Positions 18,698-28,168 of a DNA stretch of 64,000 nucleotides are shown piece by piece (position 1 is the stretch's first letter; each line of letters starts with the position of its first letter). The notes under the pieces were generated by a model that was not told where the DNA came from, searched no databases, and was given only the letters and a program-made list of their open reading frames with translations. The DNA is from an uncultured Gammaproteobacteria bacterium (GTDB taxonomy: Bacteria; Patescibacteriota; Microgenomatia; Levybacterales; GWA1-39-11). The position numbers and the translations under genes were made by a program. The stretch lies in NCBI GenBank assembly GCA_964409875.1, contig CAYPEN010000001.1, positions 134,637-198,636 of the forward strand. Direction: 5' to 3'.

Positions 18698-19996
18698 ATG
18701 GAAAAAACTCAAAATAAATTGCTTGCATTATTTCCTGCATTCGGAGTGAGAAATTACCAATATTACTTTGTAGGACAGCTCATTTCGCAAATTGGGACAT
18801 GGTTGCAGATAGTATCTGAAGGGTGGCTTGTTTTGCAGCTCACCAATTCGGCTTTTCTTATCGGAGTTGTTGCTGCCTGCGCGACAGTTCCGTCGCTCCT
18901 TTTTTCACTCTTTGGAGGGGTAATTGTCGATAGGTTTAACAGAAAATACTTAATAATTGCTACTCAGGCAAGCTCAATGGTTTTGGCGCTTACTCTTGGT
19001 TTTTTGACCCTATTTCATCTGATTAATGTTTGGGAAATTGCGTTATTTGCATTTCTTTTAGGTGTTGTCAATTCGGTGGACATGCCAGCCAGACAAGCAT
19101 TTGTTTATGAGATGGTCGGTAAGGAAAAAATGGCGTCAGCAATTGCTCTGAATGCAGGAATATTCAATTCTGCACGTGTAATCGGCCCCTCAGTCGCAGG
19201 AATTTTGATAGCAATTGTAGGACCAGCCGGTGCATATCTTCTGAACGGTTTTTCTTATATTGCTGCAATTATTGTCCAATTCCTGATTGTTCCTATTGCA
19301 ACACGAAAGCACGAGGAGCATTCCCATCCAATTCAGGCTATCAAAGACGGAGTCTCATATACAATTTCGCATCCCATCATCAGGTCGTTGATTTTGCTTA
19401 CAGGTATTATAAGTATATTTGGATGGTCGTATGCAACAATCATGCCTTTCATCGCAAAAAACACATTCCATCAAGGAGCAGCGGGTCTTGGGTATCTATA
19501 CGCGGCGGCCGGAGTAGGCGCTCTTGTAGCGACCTTTCTTGTCAGCTCTATTGGTAATAAAATTAGTCCTTATACTTTTATTTTAGGTGGGAATCTATTA
19601 TTTGCATTGTCAATGATTGGTTTTTCTTCCGTCACCCATATTATTCCCGCTTACTTTTTCTTGTGCCTCGGAGGATTTGGATTGCTTTCTGCATTTGCCG
19701 TCATCAATGCACGTATCCAGCATATGGTTGAAGGGAAATTCCGCGGGCGTGTGTTAAGCCTTTATCTTTTGATGTTTGTCGGCCTATTTCCTGTCGGAAA
19801 TTTCCAAATAGGTTTTATGTCCGAACATTTTGGCCCTCAATTTGCAATACGGCTTGGAGCCTTTGTCGTTTTAGTGGCAGTTGTGGTAGGTTTTTTTGCC
19901 AGGGAAAAAATAGCAAAACAGCACGAAGAGTACGAATCCAAAAAAGAACTGGAGAGAGGAGCACGCGAAGTAGTAATGGACAGCATCAGATCATAG
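18698..19996 (+). CDS. MFS transporter (EntS/YbdA-like, 12 TM)
   Basis: 432 aa. It has an MFS N-terminus with the DRFNRK motif (GGVIVDRFNRKYL) and 12 predicted TM helices. Confidence 0.85.
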   Translation: MEKTQNKLLALFPAFGVRNYQYYFVGQLISQIGTWLQIVSEGWLVLQLTNSAFLIGVVAACATVPSLLFSLFGGVIVDRFNRKYLIIATQASSMVLALTLGFLTLFHLINVWEIALFAFLLGVVNSVDMPARQAFVYEMVGKEKMASAIALNAGIFNSARVIGPSVAGILIAIVGPAGAYLLNGFSYIAAIIVQFLIVPIATRKHEEHSHPIQAIKDGVSYTISHPIIRSLILLTGIISIFGWSYATIMPFIAKNTFHQGAAGLGYLYAAAGVGALVATFLVSSIGNKISPYTFILGGNLLFALSMIGFSSVTHIIPAYFFLCLGGFGLLSAFAVINARIQHMVEGKFRGRVLSLYLLMFVGLFPVGNFQIGFMSEHFGPQFAIRLGAFVVLVAVVVGFFAREKIAKQHEEYESKKELERGAREVVMDSIRS

Positions 19997-20035
19997 CGCC
20001 CATCAGCGCTCTACGTTATTGTAAATTTTCTCCAT

Positions 20036-20242
20036 TTGTCAGATAGTAATAATAGGGAAGGAGGTGTAATTATGAACTCAAAAATGAAATCCTGTTTTAC
20101 TCCGCATGTTCTGATGCATAGTCTATTTGGACTTGGTCTTGGAATTTTGCTCGCAGCGGTTATTCCGGCGCTTGCGATGTGGTGGCTTGGAGTAGTTGTT
20201 ATAGTTGTTGCTTTTGCTCTTGATGCAATGAGAAAAGAGTAA
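20036..20242 (+). CDS. Small membrane protein (2 TM), hypothetical
   Basis: 68 aa with hydrophobic LFGLGLGILLAAVIPALAMWWLGVVVIVVAFAL. It is preceded by the RBS-like gggaaggagg. Confidence 0.3.
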   Translation: MSDSNNREGGVIMNSKMKSCFTPHVLMHSLFGLGLGILLAAVIPALAMWWLGVVVIVVAFALDAMRKE

Positions 20243-20271
20243 TAACTAAAAATTGTGGTACTATATCGCTT

Positions 20272-21669
20272 ATGGCCGAACAGATTGCCGGTGTTTCTTC
20301 AATTCCACGCCCTGTTGATAATCTTTTTGGTAACCGTGAGCGGTGGGGTTCCCGTGCAACGCCCCCCGATAGGGAGCATTATCCTCATGTTTTTTTGTGG
20401 GATAGCGCATTTCACACTATCGTTTATGCGCATTTTGGGTATCCTGACGCTGCTGCCAATGAATTGACCGCGGTTTTGGAAGGTCAGAATAAAGATACCG
20501 GTTTTATCCCCAATATGAAATTCGGGCCGGGAAGAAGGCTTGACCCTGAAAGGGTCACATTTAAAAATCCAGAGGACTCCTCAGATTATTCACAGCCACC
20601 CCTCCTAGCGCATTCGGCCCTCGCAACATTGAAAGGGTATGAGGTTGATGATAGATATGACCAAGGCGTTGAGTTCGTAGAACAAACATATGAAGGATTG
20701 GATGCATTCTATGAATACTTCAACGCTTACCGCAAAGATGAAAAAACCGGTCTTGTGGGTGTTATCCATCCGCACGAAACAGGAAGGGATTCGGACCCTA
20801 CTTTTGATTTTGCAAAAATTAGGCTTCCGCAACCACGTCAGGGAGCACCAATTGTAAGAGGGGTTGTTGATAAATTGAATACGGGAGCTGACTATATAAG
20901 CGCTTTGGGCATTAATATGAAGCATCGGCTTTCGGGGTGGGATATATCGAAGGCAAAAGATATTTTTTGGGCGGAAGACGTGATGTTCAATTCTATTTAT
21001 GCCCAAAACCTCAAATACATGAGTTCTCTTGCCGCTATTGTGGGAGATAAGAGAAGAGCACAAGAATATTCACAAAGGCATATGGATGCGGAAAGCGCAA
21101 TTATGTCCCACATGTGGGATGGTGCGGAACGGGCGTTTTATGGGATTTCAAAAGGAAAAAGTCTTAGAACTCTTAGTGTTTCAAATCTTTTTCCGATAAT
21201 CCTTGACACAATTGATGAGGATAAGGTTGAGTCCATTTTGGCGCTCCTTGATGACCCGAAAAAGTTCAACGCGCCATATCCCATTCCCAGTGTTTCTCAG
21301 GACAATGTGTCGTATGACCCCCAGGCAACAGAAGGAAGACTCTGGAGAGGGCCTGTTTGGATGAATACGAATTGGTATATTGCAATGGGTCTTCTCAACC
21401 AGCGTGACCGTTTTAGAACTGGCAACCCTGACCTAGCAAGCCGCCTAAACGCCAGAGCATTAACAATTGCAAGAAAAAGCGCAGAGCTGGTTGATAGGGA
21501 AGGGTACCGCGAGTACTACAGCCCACGGAATGGACGTGGCATGAGAGTCAAGAATTTCGGTTGGTCTACATTAGGAGACGTCATAAAAGATACCATCCCC
21601 AACATGGAAGCATATACCATTGAAAACGGAGCGCAAGAAACCGTACAATCTAACGAACACGTTGCATGA
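20272..21669 (+). CDS. (alpha/alpha)6-barrel glycoside hydrolase, GH63 / GDE_C / trehalase-like
   Basis: 465 aa. The motifs are LWDSAFH near the N-terminus, WRGPVWMNTNWY, and the C-terminal YREYYSPRNGRGMRVKNFGWSTLG, which resembles the trehalase/GH63 GFGW-type signature. It is paralogous to 24974..26236. Confidence 0.65.
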   Translation: MAEQIAGVSSIPRPVDNLFGNRERWGSRATPPDREHYPHVFLWDSAFHTIVYAHFGYPDAAANELTAVLEGQNKDTGFIPNMKFGPGRRLDPERVTFKNPEDSSDYSQPPLLAHSALATLKGYEVDDRYDQGVEFVEQTYEGLDAFYEYFNAYRKDEKTGLVGVIHPHETGRDSDPTFDFAKIRLPQPRQGAPIVRGVVDKLNTGADYISALGINMKHRLSGWDISKAKDIFWAEDVMFNSIYAQNLKYMSSLAAIVGDKRRAQEYSQRHMDAESAIMSHMWDGAERAFYGISKGKSLRTLSVSNLFPIILDTIDEDKVESILALLDDPKKFNAPYPIPSVSQDNVSYDPQATEGRLWRGPVWMNTNWYIAMGLLNQRDRFRTGNPDLASRLNARALTIARKSAELVDREGYREYYSPRNGRGMRVKNFGWSTLGDVIKDTIPNMEAYTIENGAQETVQSNEHVA

Positions 21670-22154
21670 AGAAAAAATATGGCATAGGCCTTGTCATCGG
21701 CCGCTTTCAACCCTTCCACAACGGACATAAATTCCTCATCGAGGAAGCGTTGAAATTGTGTGACCAAATTATTATCGGTATTGGCAGCTCAAATAAATCA
21801 GACGAAAAAAATCCATATAGCGCAAAAGAGAGAGCCAAACACATCAAAAAATTCCTTAAAGAAGAACATTTGGAAGAGAAGGTCATTGCCGTTCTAAAGC
21901 TTTACGACAATCCCGATGACGATGTATGGTTTGAGAATTTATATAAAAAAACCGGACCATTTGATGTGACGATAGGGAATAATCCTTGGAACAATGGCAT
22001 TATTGAGCGGCATGGAATCCCTGCAGTCTATATAGGGTTTCATAAAAGAAGGACGTTGGAGGGAATTAAAATCAGGGCGCTCATGAAGCAAAATAAAAAA
22101 TGGGAAGAACGGGTGCCACAGTATTTAGTAGAAGCAATCAGAAAGACCTCTTAA
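21666..22154 (+). CDS. Archaeal-type nicotinamide-nucleotide adenylyltransferase-like cytidylyltransferase (NadM family)
   Basis: 162 aa. GLVIGRFQPFHNGHKFLIEEA matches the GRFQPFHxGH motif of the NadM / nucleotidyltransferase superfamily. Its start overlaps the upstream stop (ATGA). Confidence 0.7.
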   Translation: MKKKYGIGLVIGRFQPFHNGHKFLIEEALKLCDQIIIGIGSSNKSDEKNPYSAKERAKHIKKFLKEEHLEEKVIAVLKLYDNPDDDVWFENLYKKTGPFDVTIGNNPWNNGIIERHGIPAVYIGFHKRRTLEGIKIRALMKQNKKWEERVPQYLVEAIRKTS

Positions 22155-22234
22155 GATATTCTTGTTTTCTTTCCTCGTAGGGACTAGTCTTAAAAAGACT
22201 ATGTATTTGGCAGAAATTATAGTTTTTGTTTTTT

Positions 22235-22261
22235 AAAGCCGGCCTTGTTGCCGGTTTTTTT
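22235..22261 (+). terminator. Rho-independent terminator after the nadM-like gene
   Basis: aaaGCCGGCcttgttGCCGGttttttt is a GC stem followed by a 7-T run. Confidence 0.55.
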
Positions 22262-22290
22262 CTGTCAAAAAAGAAAGGAGGTGAAAAAAC

Positions 22291-23835
22291 ATGAATTGTA
22301 AGAAAATTTTAGTTTCGACTTTTGCTGCGGGTCTTGTTTTTGCTGCAACTGCGCTGCCTACATTTGCAGATACTACAGTGGTTGTCACCTCACCGGCCTT
22401 GGCAGTTAATGTCGCCGACGTAATAGCACACCCAACAAAGTGGTTTTTCTATAATGATGAAACAGATACTATCGACAACACATTGGGATCGTTTGTTTCA
22501 GGACCTTCTACTGCTCCATTCGGTGCGGGAAGTGCCCAGATTTCAGTAGCCGGAACGCAACGGAGAAATTTGGCAACATATCAGTTTTCTGGTACAAAAC
22601 TTTCAGATATAATGGTTTTAAAGTTTAGTACATACAATCCGTCTGCCGGAAATGGTGGAGGAGCGAACAGATCAGGATATTTAAACTTCAACGTGGATTT
22701 TAATGGTTCGGATACCTGGCAAAGAAGGCTCGTGTATGTTCCGTCGCAAAATGGTTCAGTTGTACAAGATTCTTGGAAGGAGTGGGATGCTATAAATGGT
22801 GGTAATGCAATGTGGACATGGTCTGGGTTTGCAGGCAACGGAAACAAATGGCCTGATAATAATACCAACGAATATCGAACATGGAGCGATATAGTATCTG
22901 CATTTCCAAACATTCGAGTTCGGGTAACTGATTCTTGGTTAGGTATTAGAGTTGGAGAACCATATGCCGATGGTTATACCGAGAATATTGATGGATTTAA
23001 ATTCGGAACAGCTGCTGGTACCACAACATACGATTTCGATCCTTATGTTGCGCCTTCTGTTCCGACTATTACTGTACCTGCCAATGGAGCTCATGTAACT
23101 TCAGCGGCACTTGTAAAAGTTGATTGGTCGAATTCGACAGGAACGAATCCGCCTTTTGAGTATCAGTACGAGGCCTATGGGGATAGTGGATATTCAAGCC
23201 TCATTTATTCCAGCGGGTGGCTCTCAAGTTCTGAAATTCCGACTCCCGGAACACCGGTTGGCGATTATTGGATAAGAGTTAGAGCAAAAGATGCTACGGG
23301 AACGATGAGCACTTGGAGTAATGACACTGGTAATCCTTATCACTTCACAGTTGACCCGCTCATTGGCCCGCCGACCTTGGTAAGTCAATGCAAAAATAAC
23401 GGATGGCAGACATTCAACAATCCATCGTTTAAAGACCAGGGAACATGCGTGTCCTACGTGAGAGCACATTCTCATAGCGTCCTTGGTAATGTCAAGTACA
23501 CGGTGTATGGCCTCGCACGAACTGCGCAATTTGCAGCTGACACTGCAGATGGCGGAGGAGCATTCCAATACTCCGATGCAAATCATGCTTGGTACAGAGT
23601 GCTTATCACCTCACTAAAGGTTGACGGACATAATGCCTGGTTTGCCGGACGAGTCTGGCAGGCAAGCAACCCTTCATGGGTTGGACAATGGCTATTTGCC
23701 AAAGTAAATGACAGTAGCCCAAAGCGGATTTGGGGAAGTTTTACGACCCAATCAGCTGCTGAAAACGGTGTCGCTACAATGGCAACGCCGGCAGACGGAC
23801 CATTCAACACAATTGGTGCACTCGTCGTGCATTGA
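22291..23835 (+). CDS. Secreted / cell-surface protein of unknown function
   Basis: 514 aa. It has a Sec signal peptide (MNCKKILVSTFAAGLVFAATALPTFADTT), a strong RBS (aaaggaggtg) and a Trp/Gly/Asn-rich beta-type composition. Confidence 0.6.
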   Translation: MNCKKILVSTFAAGLVFAATALPTFADTTVVVTSPALAVNVADVIAHPTKWFFYNDETDTIDNTLGSFVSGPSTAPFGAGSAQISVAGTQRRNLATYQFSGTKLSDIMVLKFSTYNPSAGNGGGANRSGYLNFNVDFNGSDTWQRRLVYVPSQNGSVVQDSWKEWDAINGGNAMWTWSGFAGNGNKWPDNNTNEYRTWSDIVSAFPNIRVRVTDSWLGIRVGEPYADGYTENIDGFKFGTAAGTTTYDFDPYVAPSVPTITVPANGAHVTSAALVKVDWSNSTGTNPPFEYQYEAYGDSGYSSLIYSSGWLSSSEIPTPGTPVGDYWIRVRAKDATGTMSTWSNDTGNPYHFTVDPLIGPPTLVSQCKNNGWQTFNNPSFKDQGTCVSYVRAHSHSVLGNVKYTVYGLARTAQFAADTADGGGAFQYSDANHAWYRVLITSLKVDGHNAWFAGRVWQASNPSWVGQWLFAKVNDSSPKRIWGSFTTQSAAENGVATMATPADGPFNTIGALVVH

Positions 23836-23852
23836 GTGTTGATGCAAAAATG

Positions 23853-23886
23853 ACCCACTCTTGCCCGTGGGTTGTTTTTGTTTGAT
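23853..23886 (+). terminator. Terminator hairpin after the surface-protein gene
   Basis: ACCCACtcttgcccGTGGGTtgtttttgttt. Confidence 0.45.
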
Positions 23887-23916
23887 TTGAAGCTATCCGA
23901 GGTGTAAAATTTACCG

Positions 23917-24483
23917 ATGAGTAATGAGCATGATCTTCCGCAAGGACAGGATTGGATACCTGATGTGTTACCTTCTGACCTTCTCACCCGTGAAACCGAA
24001 TACCATTTCGGAAACGGCTTTCAAATGGCACTCCTTCGGATTGCTGAGGCCGAATGTGATATCCCATGGCAAGACCTGGTAAGAAAATATATGTTTTTAG
24101 GAGTAGGAAGTTATTTGGGTAGGGTTAACGGTGAGTATCAGTTTATACGTCGTGTTGGAGAAGATGAGAGGGCAATAAGCCTTGAAGATGGGGTTGAATG
24201 GGAAGGGACACATTGGAAAGAGATAGCCCGGCCAAACCCTTTAGAAAATGAGATTATATTTAAAGCAAGGGACAAAGCGCCTTACAAGTTGTTGGAAATT
24301 GCCGATAACTTTGGTGTTTCGATTCCCAATATGCTAGAAAGGGCATTGGATTTGGGATTAAGGATGAGTTATGAATTGCGCTACAGAGATGATATTGCAT
24401 ATTATCTTAAGACGCATCAAGGAGGAGTAACAAGAATTGATGAGCGGAAGTTGGGGAATATTTCTTCTGACACCAATGCTTGA
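23917..24483 (+). CDS. Hypothetical protein
   Basis: 188-aa ORF. No motif was recognised. Confidence 0.4.
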   Translation: MSNEHDLPQGQDWIPDVLPSDLLTRETEYHFGNGFQMALLRIAEAECDIPWQDLVRKYMFLGVGSYLGRVNGEYQFIRRVGEDERAISLEDGVEWEGTHWKEIARPNPLENEIIFKARDKAPYKLLEIADNFGVSIPNMLERALDLGLRMSYELRYRDDIAYYLKTHQGGVTRIDERKLGNISSDTNA

Positions 24484-24908
24484 CGTATACAAAAAAGAGT
24501 TTAAAATTTCCAACCATGACAATTGAAGCAGAATATTACCGGTGGGGAAGACATAAATGTGAATGGGTTTACCGTGGAGTTGAAGAAGTTGCCGAAAATG
24601 ATGTAGTAAACCATTATTTTTTGCCGGCTACGGTTGAGATGATGACAGATGAAGATGCAAGAGGAAATTTAGCAAACATCGTGGTTAAAAATGACAGTTT
24701 GATGAGAATAAGGGCGACGTTATGGAGAAATGGGGCTGGCGAGGAAATAAGTACTGCATTTCCAATCCTTCTTGTTGCAGGTGAGATATTGACACTGAAT
24801 AATAACAATCTCAAGATGGACTTGAGTTTTTCAAACGAGCCAATTGTTCAACGGTTTGGGCAAGTTCCTCAAGGCGCCTCCTTACAGCAAATCCAAGATC
24901 AGGGTTGA
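24480..24908 (+). CDS. Hypothetical protein
   Basis: 142 aa, overlapping the previous stop by 4 nt (operon-like). Confidence 0.4.
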   Translation: MTYTKKSLKFPTMTIEAEYYRWGRHKCEWVYRGVEEVAENDVVNHYFLPATVEMMTDEDARGNLANIVVKNDSLMRIRATLWRNGAGEEISTAFPILLVAGEILTLNNNNLKMDLSFSNEPIVQRFGQVPQGASLQQIQDQG

Positions 24909-24953
24909 CCAACCGAAGTTTTGTCTCCTGTATCCCTCACCGGTTTCAGGATT
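24904..24953 (-). pseudogene. Duplicated fragment of the 3' end of glycosidase gene 24974..26236; it would encode ...GEGYRRQNFGWSTL
   Basis: 50 bp (gttgaccaaccgaagttttgtctcctgtatccctcaccggtttcaggatt) are 47/50 identical to 25002..25051 inside the gene. The copy is followed by a perfect hairpin, TTTCAGGATT-atcgctc-AATCCTGAAA (24944-24971). Confidence 0.5.
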
Positions 24954-24973
24954 ATCGCTCAATCCTGAAACGA

Positions 24974-26236
24974 TTACTGTTCAAGTAAATCTAAAATAAG
25001 AGTTGACCAACCGAAGTTTTGTCTCCTATATCCCTCCCCAGTTTCAGGATTGTAGTACTCGCGAAAGCCGTGAGCCTCAATCATCTTTTCCATTTTTGAA
25101 ATTACCTCTTTTGCAACTGTATTATATCCGTGTTTTTGCAGTCCCTTTATGACAAACCAATTTGTCGCAAGCCATGTCGGCCCTCGCCATAGAAGTTTTA
25201 CTTGATGGAATGGCGTATCGTGAGGCACATAATATTTTTCGTCCTTTGCAACTGAAGGGAAGGGGTAGGGTGTAAAAAACTCATTGGGATTAAGTACATG
25301 CTCTTCAACAAGAGTTTTTAATTTCTCACCTTTTAGTCCATCTAAAAATAAAGGGATAAGGGAGGCAACAGTTTTGACTCGCGCGAATTTTTCATCCTTT
25401 TTATACAGTGAATAAAATATCTTGTCATGCCCGTCCCAACATTTTGAAAGCAGTGCTTTTTCACTTTTATCAGCAACCTTTTTAAAGAACACCGACTCAT
25501 TTTTGTCTCCGATTTCTAAGAAGAGTCTTGAGAGACTTCTTGCACTTTCTATAAATACAGTATTAAAAAGCAATTCTTCTACATTGAAATAGTCTTTTTC
25601 CAAAATTTTTATATTGTTAAAACGGTACCGGTGGTTGAGAAAATCCCCTTTCCGAAAAGTATAGTGCATGCGGGTTGTCTCAAGCCCGGTGTAGCCTGCG
25701 GCGTATTGGAAGACCGGGAGCTCGTCCATTCCCGACTCGTTGGGGGAAATTATTGAGACTAAATAATCGTTATCAATATCCCGGTTTTCCAAAAGCCAGC
25801 GGTGATGGGCAGCAAGCTTTGGCAAAACCTCACGAAGGAAATCTTTGTCCTTGTCTTTTTTGTAAATATATTCAACTGAAATTGGGAAAACAGGAGGCTG
25901 CGTGATTGAAGTTGTTTTGGGTCTTATAGAGAGCGCACTTTCTATATATGCCCAGTGGGGGAGCCTCTTTTTCTTTCCCCAAAAAATGATGTGTGGCAAA
26001 AATCCATTGTCCCACTGGCCTATCAAAAAATTCCTGATTTCATTTTTTGCCCACTTTGTATCAAAATGTGAAAGAACGATTGCATGAAACCCGGTGTCCC
26101 ACAGCCATTGATATACATATTCTTTGTTGGCAGGGGCGATGAATTTATAGTTGGTATTTTTCCACGAGGAGTATCCTTGAAACGTATTGCCTTCAAAAAT
26201 TGATTTTGCACGCAAAATGATATCGGTTTTTTTCAT
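24974..26236 (-). CDS. (alpha/alpha)6-barrel glycoside hydrolase, GH63 / trehalase-like; paralog of 20272..21669
   Basis: 420 aa. The motifs are WLWDTGFHAIV, WRGPTWLATNWF and the C-terminal FREYYNPETGEGYRRQNFGWSTL. Confidence 0.65.
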   Translation of the reverse strand: MKKTDIILRAKSIFEGNTFQGYSSWKNTNYKFIAPANKEYVYQWLWDTGFHAIVLSHFDTKWAKNEIRNFLIGQWDNGFLPHIIFWGKKKRLPHWAYIESALSIRPKTTSITQPPVFPISVEYIYKKDKDKDFLREVLPKLAAHHRWLLENRDIDNDYLVSIISPNESGMDELPVFQYAAGYTGLETTRMHYTFRKGDFLNHRYRFNNIKILEKDYFNVEELLFNTVFIESARSLSRLFLEIGDKNESVFFKKVADKSEKALLSKCWDGHDKIFYSLYKKDEKFARVKTVASLIPLFLDGLKGEKLKTLVEEHVLNPNEFFTPYPFPSVAKDEKYYVPHDTPFHQVKLLWRGPTWLATNWFVIKGLQKHGYNTVAKEVISKMEKMIEAHGFREYYNPETGEGYRRQNFGWSTLILDLLEQ

Positions 26237-26262
26237 TGTAAATTAATAATAACACCCAAGAA

Positions 26263-26802
26263 CTATTCGTTTGGGTCGGGGGGGAGGAATTCTTCGCCGC
26301 CGTGGTCTTCATTCTTCACGTATTCTCCGGGCTTAAGCCACTCAACATAAGGGCAACCGGTTGCTTTTCTTGCTTTACTGTCCCAACCGGCCGTGGAGCA
26401 TTTTTTCATTTTCTTTCCTTTCGCGGTTGTGTAAAGCACCAATTTGTTGCCGCAGGTAGGACACTCTTCATCAAGTTCTTCGGTAGTACCATTTACCCAT
26501 TCTACAAAGTCACATCCTTCAGCTTTTTTTGTCTCTGCGTTCCATACATTTGTAGAGCACTTTTTCATCTTTTTCCCAAAACGGGTAAAGGCAATGACTA
26601 ACGGTGAGCCGCATTTTGGGCATTTTTCATCTATCGTTTCGGGTGGAGTCTCCAACCATTTTACGTAGTCACAGCCGATATTTTTCTTTGTCTCTTTATC
26701 CCAATATCCTTGAGAACATCTTTGCAGTTTGCGGCCTGATGGCGTTGTTGTTGGTTCTTGGAGGGGAGCTCCGCATTTGGGGCATCGTTGGTCTTCAGAC
26801 AT
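26263..26802 (-). CDS. Standalone protein of three tandem topoisomerase-type C4 zinc-ribbon repeats
   Basis: 179 aa with three repeats of CP(K/T)CG...(KK)C(S)...W......GC(D/P)(F/Y)VEW (4 Cys each). These resemble zf-C4_Topoisom modules. Confidence 0.6.
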   Translation of the reverse strand: MSEDQRCPKCGAPLQEPTTTPSGRKLQRCSQGYWDKETKKNIGCDYVKWLETPPETIDEKCPKCGSPLVIAFTRFGKKMKKCSTNVWNAETKKAEGCDFVEWVNGTTEELDEECPTCGNKLVLYTTAKGKKMKKCSTAGWDSKARKATGCPYVEWLKPGEYVKNEDHGGEEFLPPDPNE

Positions 26803-26843
26803 AGAAGATAATGGTAGGGGTTTTAGAAAACTATGTCAAGAGT

Positions 26844-27461
26844 CTAAAATCCGAGTTGTTCTTTGACAAAAATGACTGTGATTCTGCCTGGTTTTATTTC
26901 TGAGTTTACGATAAGAAGTTTTCGTACTTCGCTATGTACCTGAGGTCCATATTGCCCCTTTAGCCTTTTGTCCTCTTGAGGGAGTATGTAGTCGTAAATT
27001 CTTGAAAATCCCTCATCAAGATTTTTTACAATTTTTTTAGTACTTACAACCCACACCACATGCGATGACCCATAGGCATAGGTGGGTAGCTGGCTTCCGG
27101 TATTTGAGGCAACCATAACCTTGCCATCTTCGGTCACTGCGTGAACACTTCCTAATACGTATTCGGAAGCGGCCCCTAATTTTTGCATTTCAAGATGGTC
27201 TTTCTCTCTGTCCAACTTGTTCAGTTTTGATTTTACTGAATCATAGTTTCCGCTCTCATTTATCTCTTGAGTAAGACCAAGAGTATCGAGTGTACGAGAG
27301 GTTGCAGTCATAACCTCTGCTCCTTTTGGGATTAGGTTTAAAACTGCCTCTTTTGCGTCCGTTCCATTTTCTGTGATGAGTACGTGAAACCCATTTTTTT
27401 CTAGAGACACTTTGGTCTGCTGTAGTGTTTCGTCGTCTGCAAGTTGACTAAAATCTTTCAT
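26844..27461 (-). CDS. LUD-domain (LutC/YkgG-like) protein
   Basis: 205 aa. The layout and motifs (GSVHAVTEDGKVMVASNTGSQ ...) resemble the LUD/DUF162 family. Recall-based. Confidence 0.5.
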   Translation of the reverse strand: MKDFSQLADDETLQQTKVSLEKNGFHVLITENGTDAKEAVLNLIPKGAEVMTATSRTLDTLGLTQEINESGNYDSVKSKLNKLDREKDHLEMQKLGAASEYVLGSVHAVTEDGKVMVASNTGSQLPTYAYGSSHVVWVVSTKKIVKNLDEGFSRIYDYILPQEDKRLKGQYGPQVHSEVRKLLIVNSEIKPGRITVIFVKEQLGF

Positions 27462-27583
27462 ACGGTATAATTTATCCTAAAGCTATCATTCCAGCAAGTA
27501 CCCACAAAAAAGTAGGGTACATACTATGATGATACTAAGTCACCATTCAGCTAATATTAAGAATAGGTAAGTAACATACAAAT

Positions 27584-27910
27584 ATGCAGCAGCAAAAAAC
27601 ACTCGGATGCTCGTCAGTGAAGACAACACTCGATGTGATAGGTGGAAAGTGGAAGCCTCTTATTATGTTTCTTCTGGTTAAGCGCACCATGCGCTTTTCC
27701 GAGCTCCAAAAGAGTATTGCGGGTATCACTCAGAAAATGCTTACTCAGCAGTTGCGTGAGCTTGAAAGTGACGGTCTTGTCTCCCGCAAAGTATTTCCAC
27801 AAGTTCCTCCCAGGGTGGAGTATTCAATAACTACCCATGGCAAAACTTTGCTTCCTGTTCTTGATACGATGCACAAATGGGGAGAGAACCACAAAAGGCT
27901 AGCTGTTTAG
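27584..27910 (+). CDS. HxlR-family winged-helix transcriptional regulator
   Basis: 108 aa. LDVIGGKWKPLIMFLL ... RFSELQKSIAGITQKMLTQQLRELESDGLVSRKVF is a canonical HxlR sequence. Confidence 0.85.
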   Translation: MQQQKTLGCSSVKTTLDVIGGKWKPLIMFLLVKRTMRFSELQKSIAGITQKMLTQQLRELESDGLVSRKVFPQVPPRVEYSITTHGKTLLPVLDTMHKWGENHKRLAV

Positions 27911-27913
27911 CCA

Positions 27914-28168
27914 CTATTTCATCTTCACTTTGATTTGTTGAAAGGGTACGGTTATTTGAGGATTTTCCGGGATAGTATACCTGACCTGTTTTGGGTTGTA
28001 GCCTACAAGAATTACTAAAGCGATAAAGAGTATGATGCCGACACAAAGTAATAGCTGCAGAAGAGAGAATTTCATACCAATATGATACCATGTTCTCGCT
28101 TTTTGAGGATGATATGAGAGTATTGTATACTGAATAAATGGAAGTGAGGGAAAAGAAAATAAGTGCAA
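27914..28168 (-). CDS. Possible small membrane protein (antisense to the HxlR/CDF intergenic region)
   Basis: 84-aa ORF with a TM helix (LLQLLLCVGIILFIALVILVGY). It overlaps the CDF start by 30 nt. Weak. Confidence 0.2.
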   Translation of the reverse strand: MHLFSFPSLPFIQYTILSYHPQKARTWYHIGMKFSLLQLLLCVGIILFIALVILVGYNPKQVRYTIPENPQITVPFQQIKVKMK

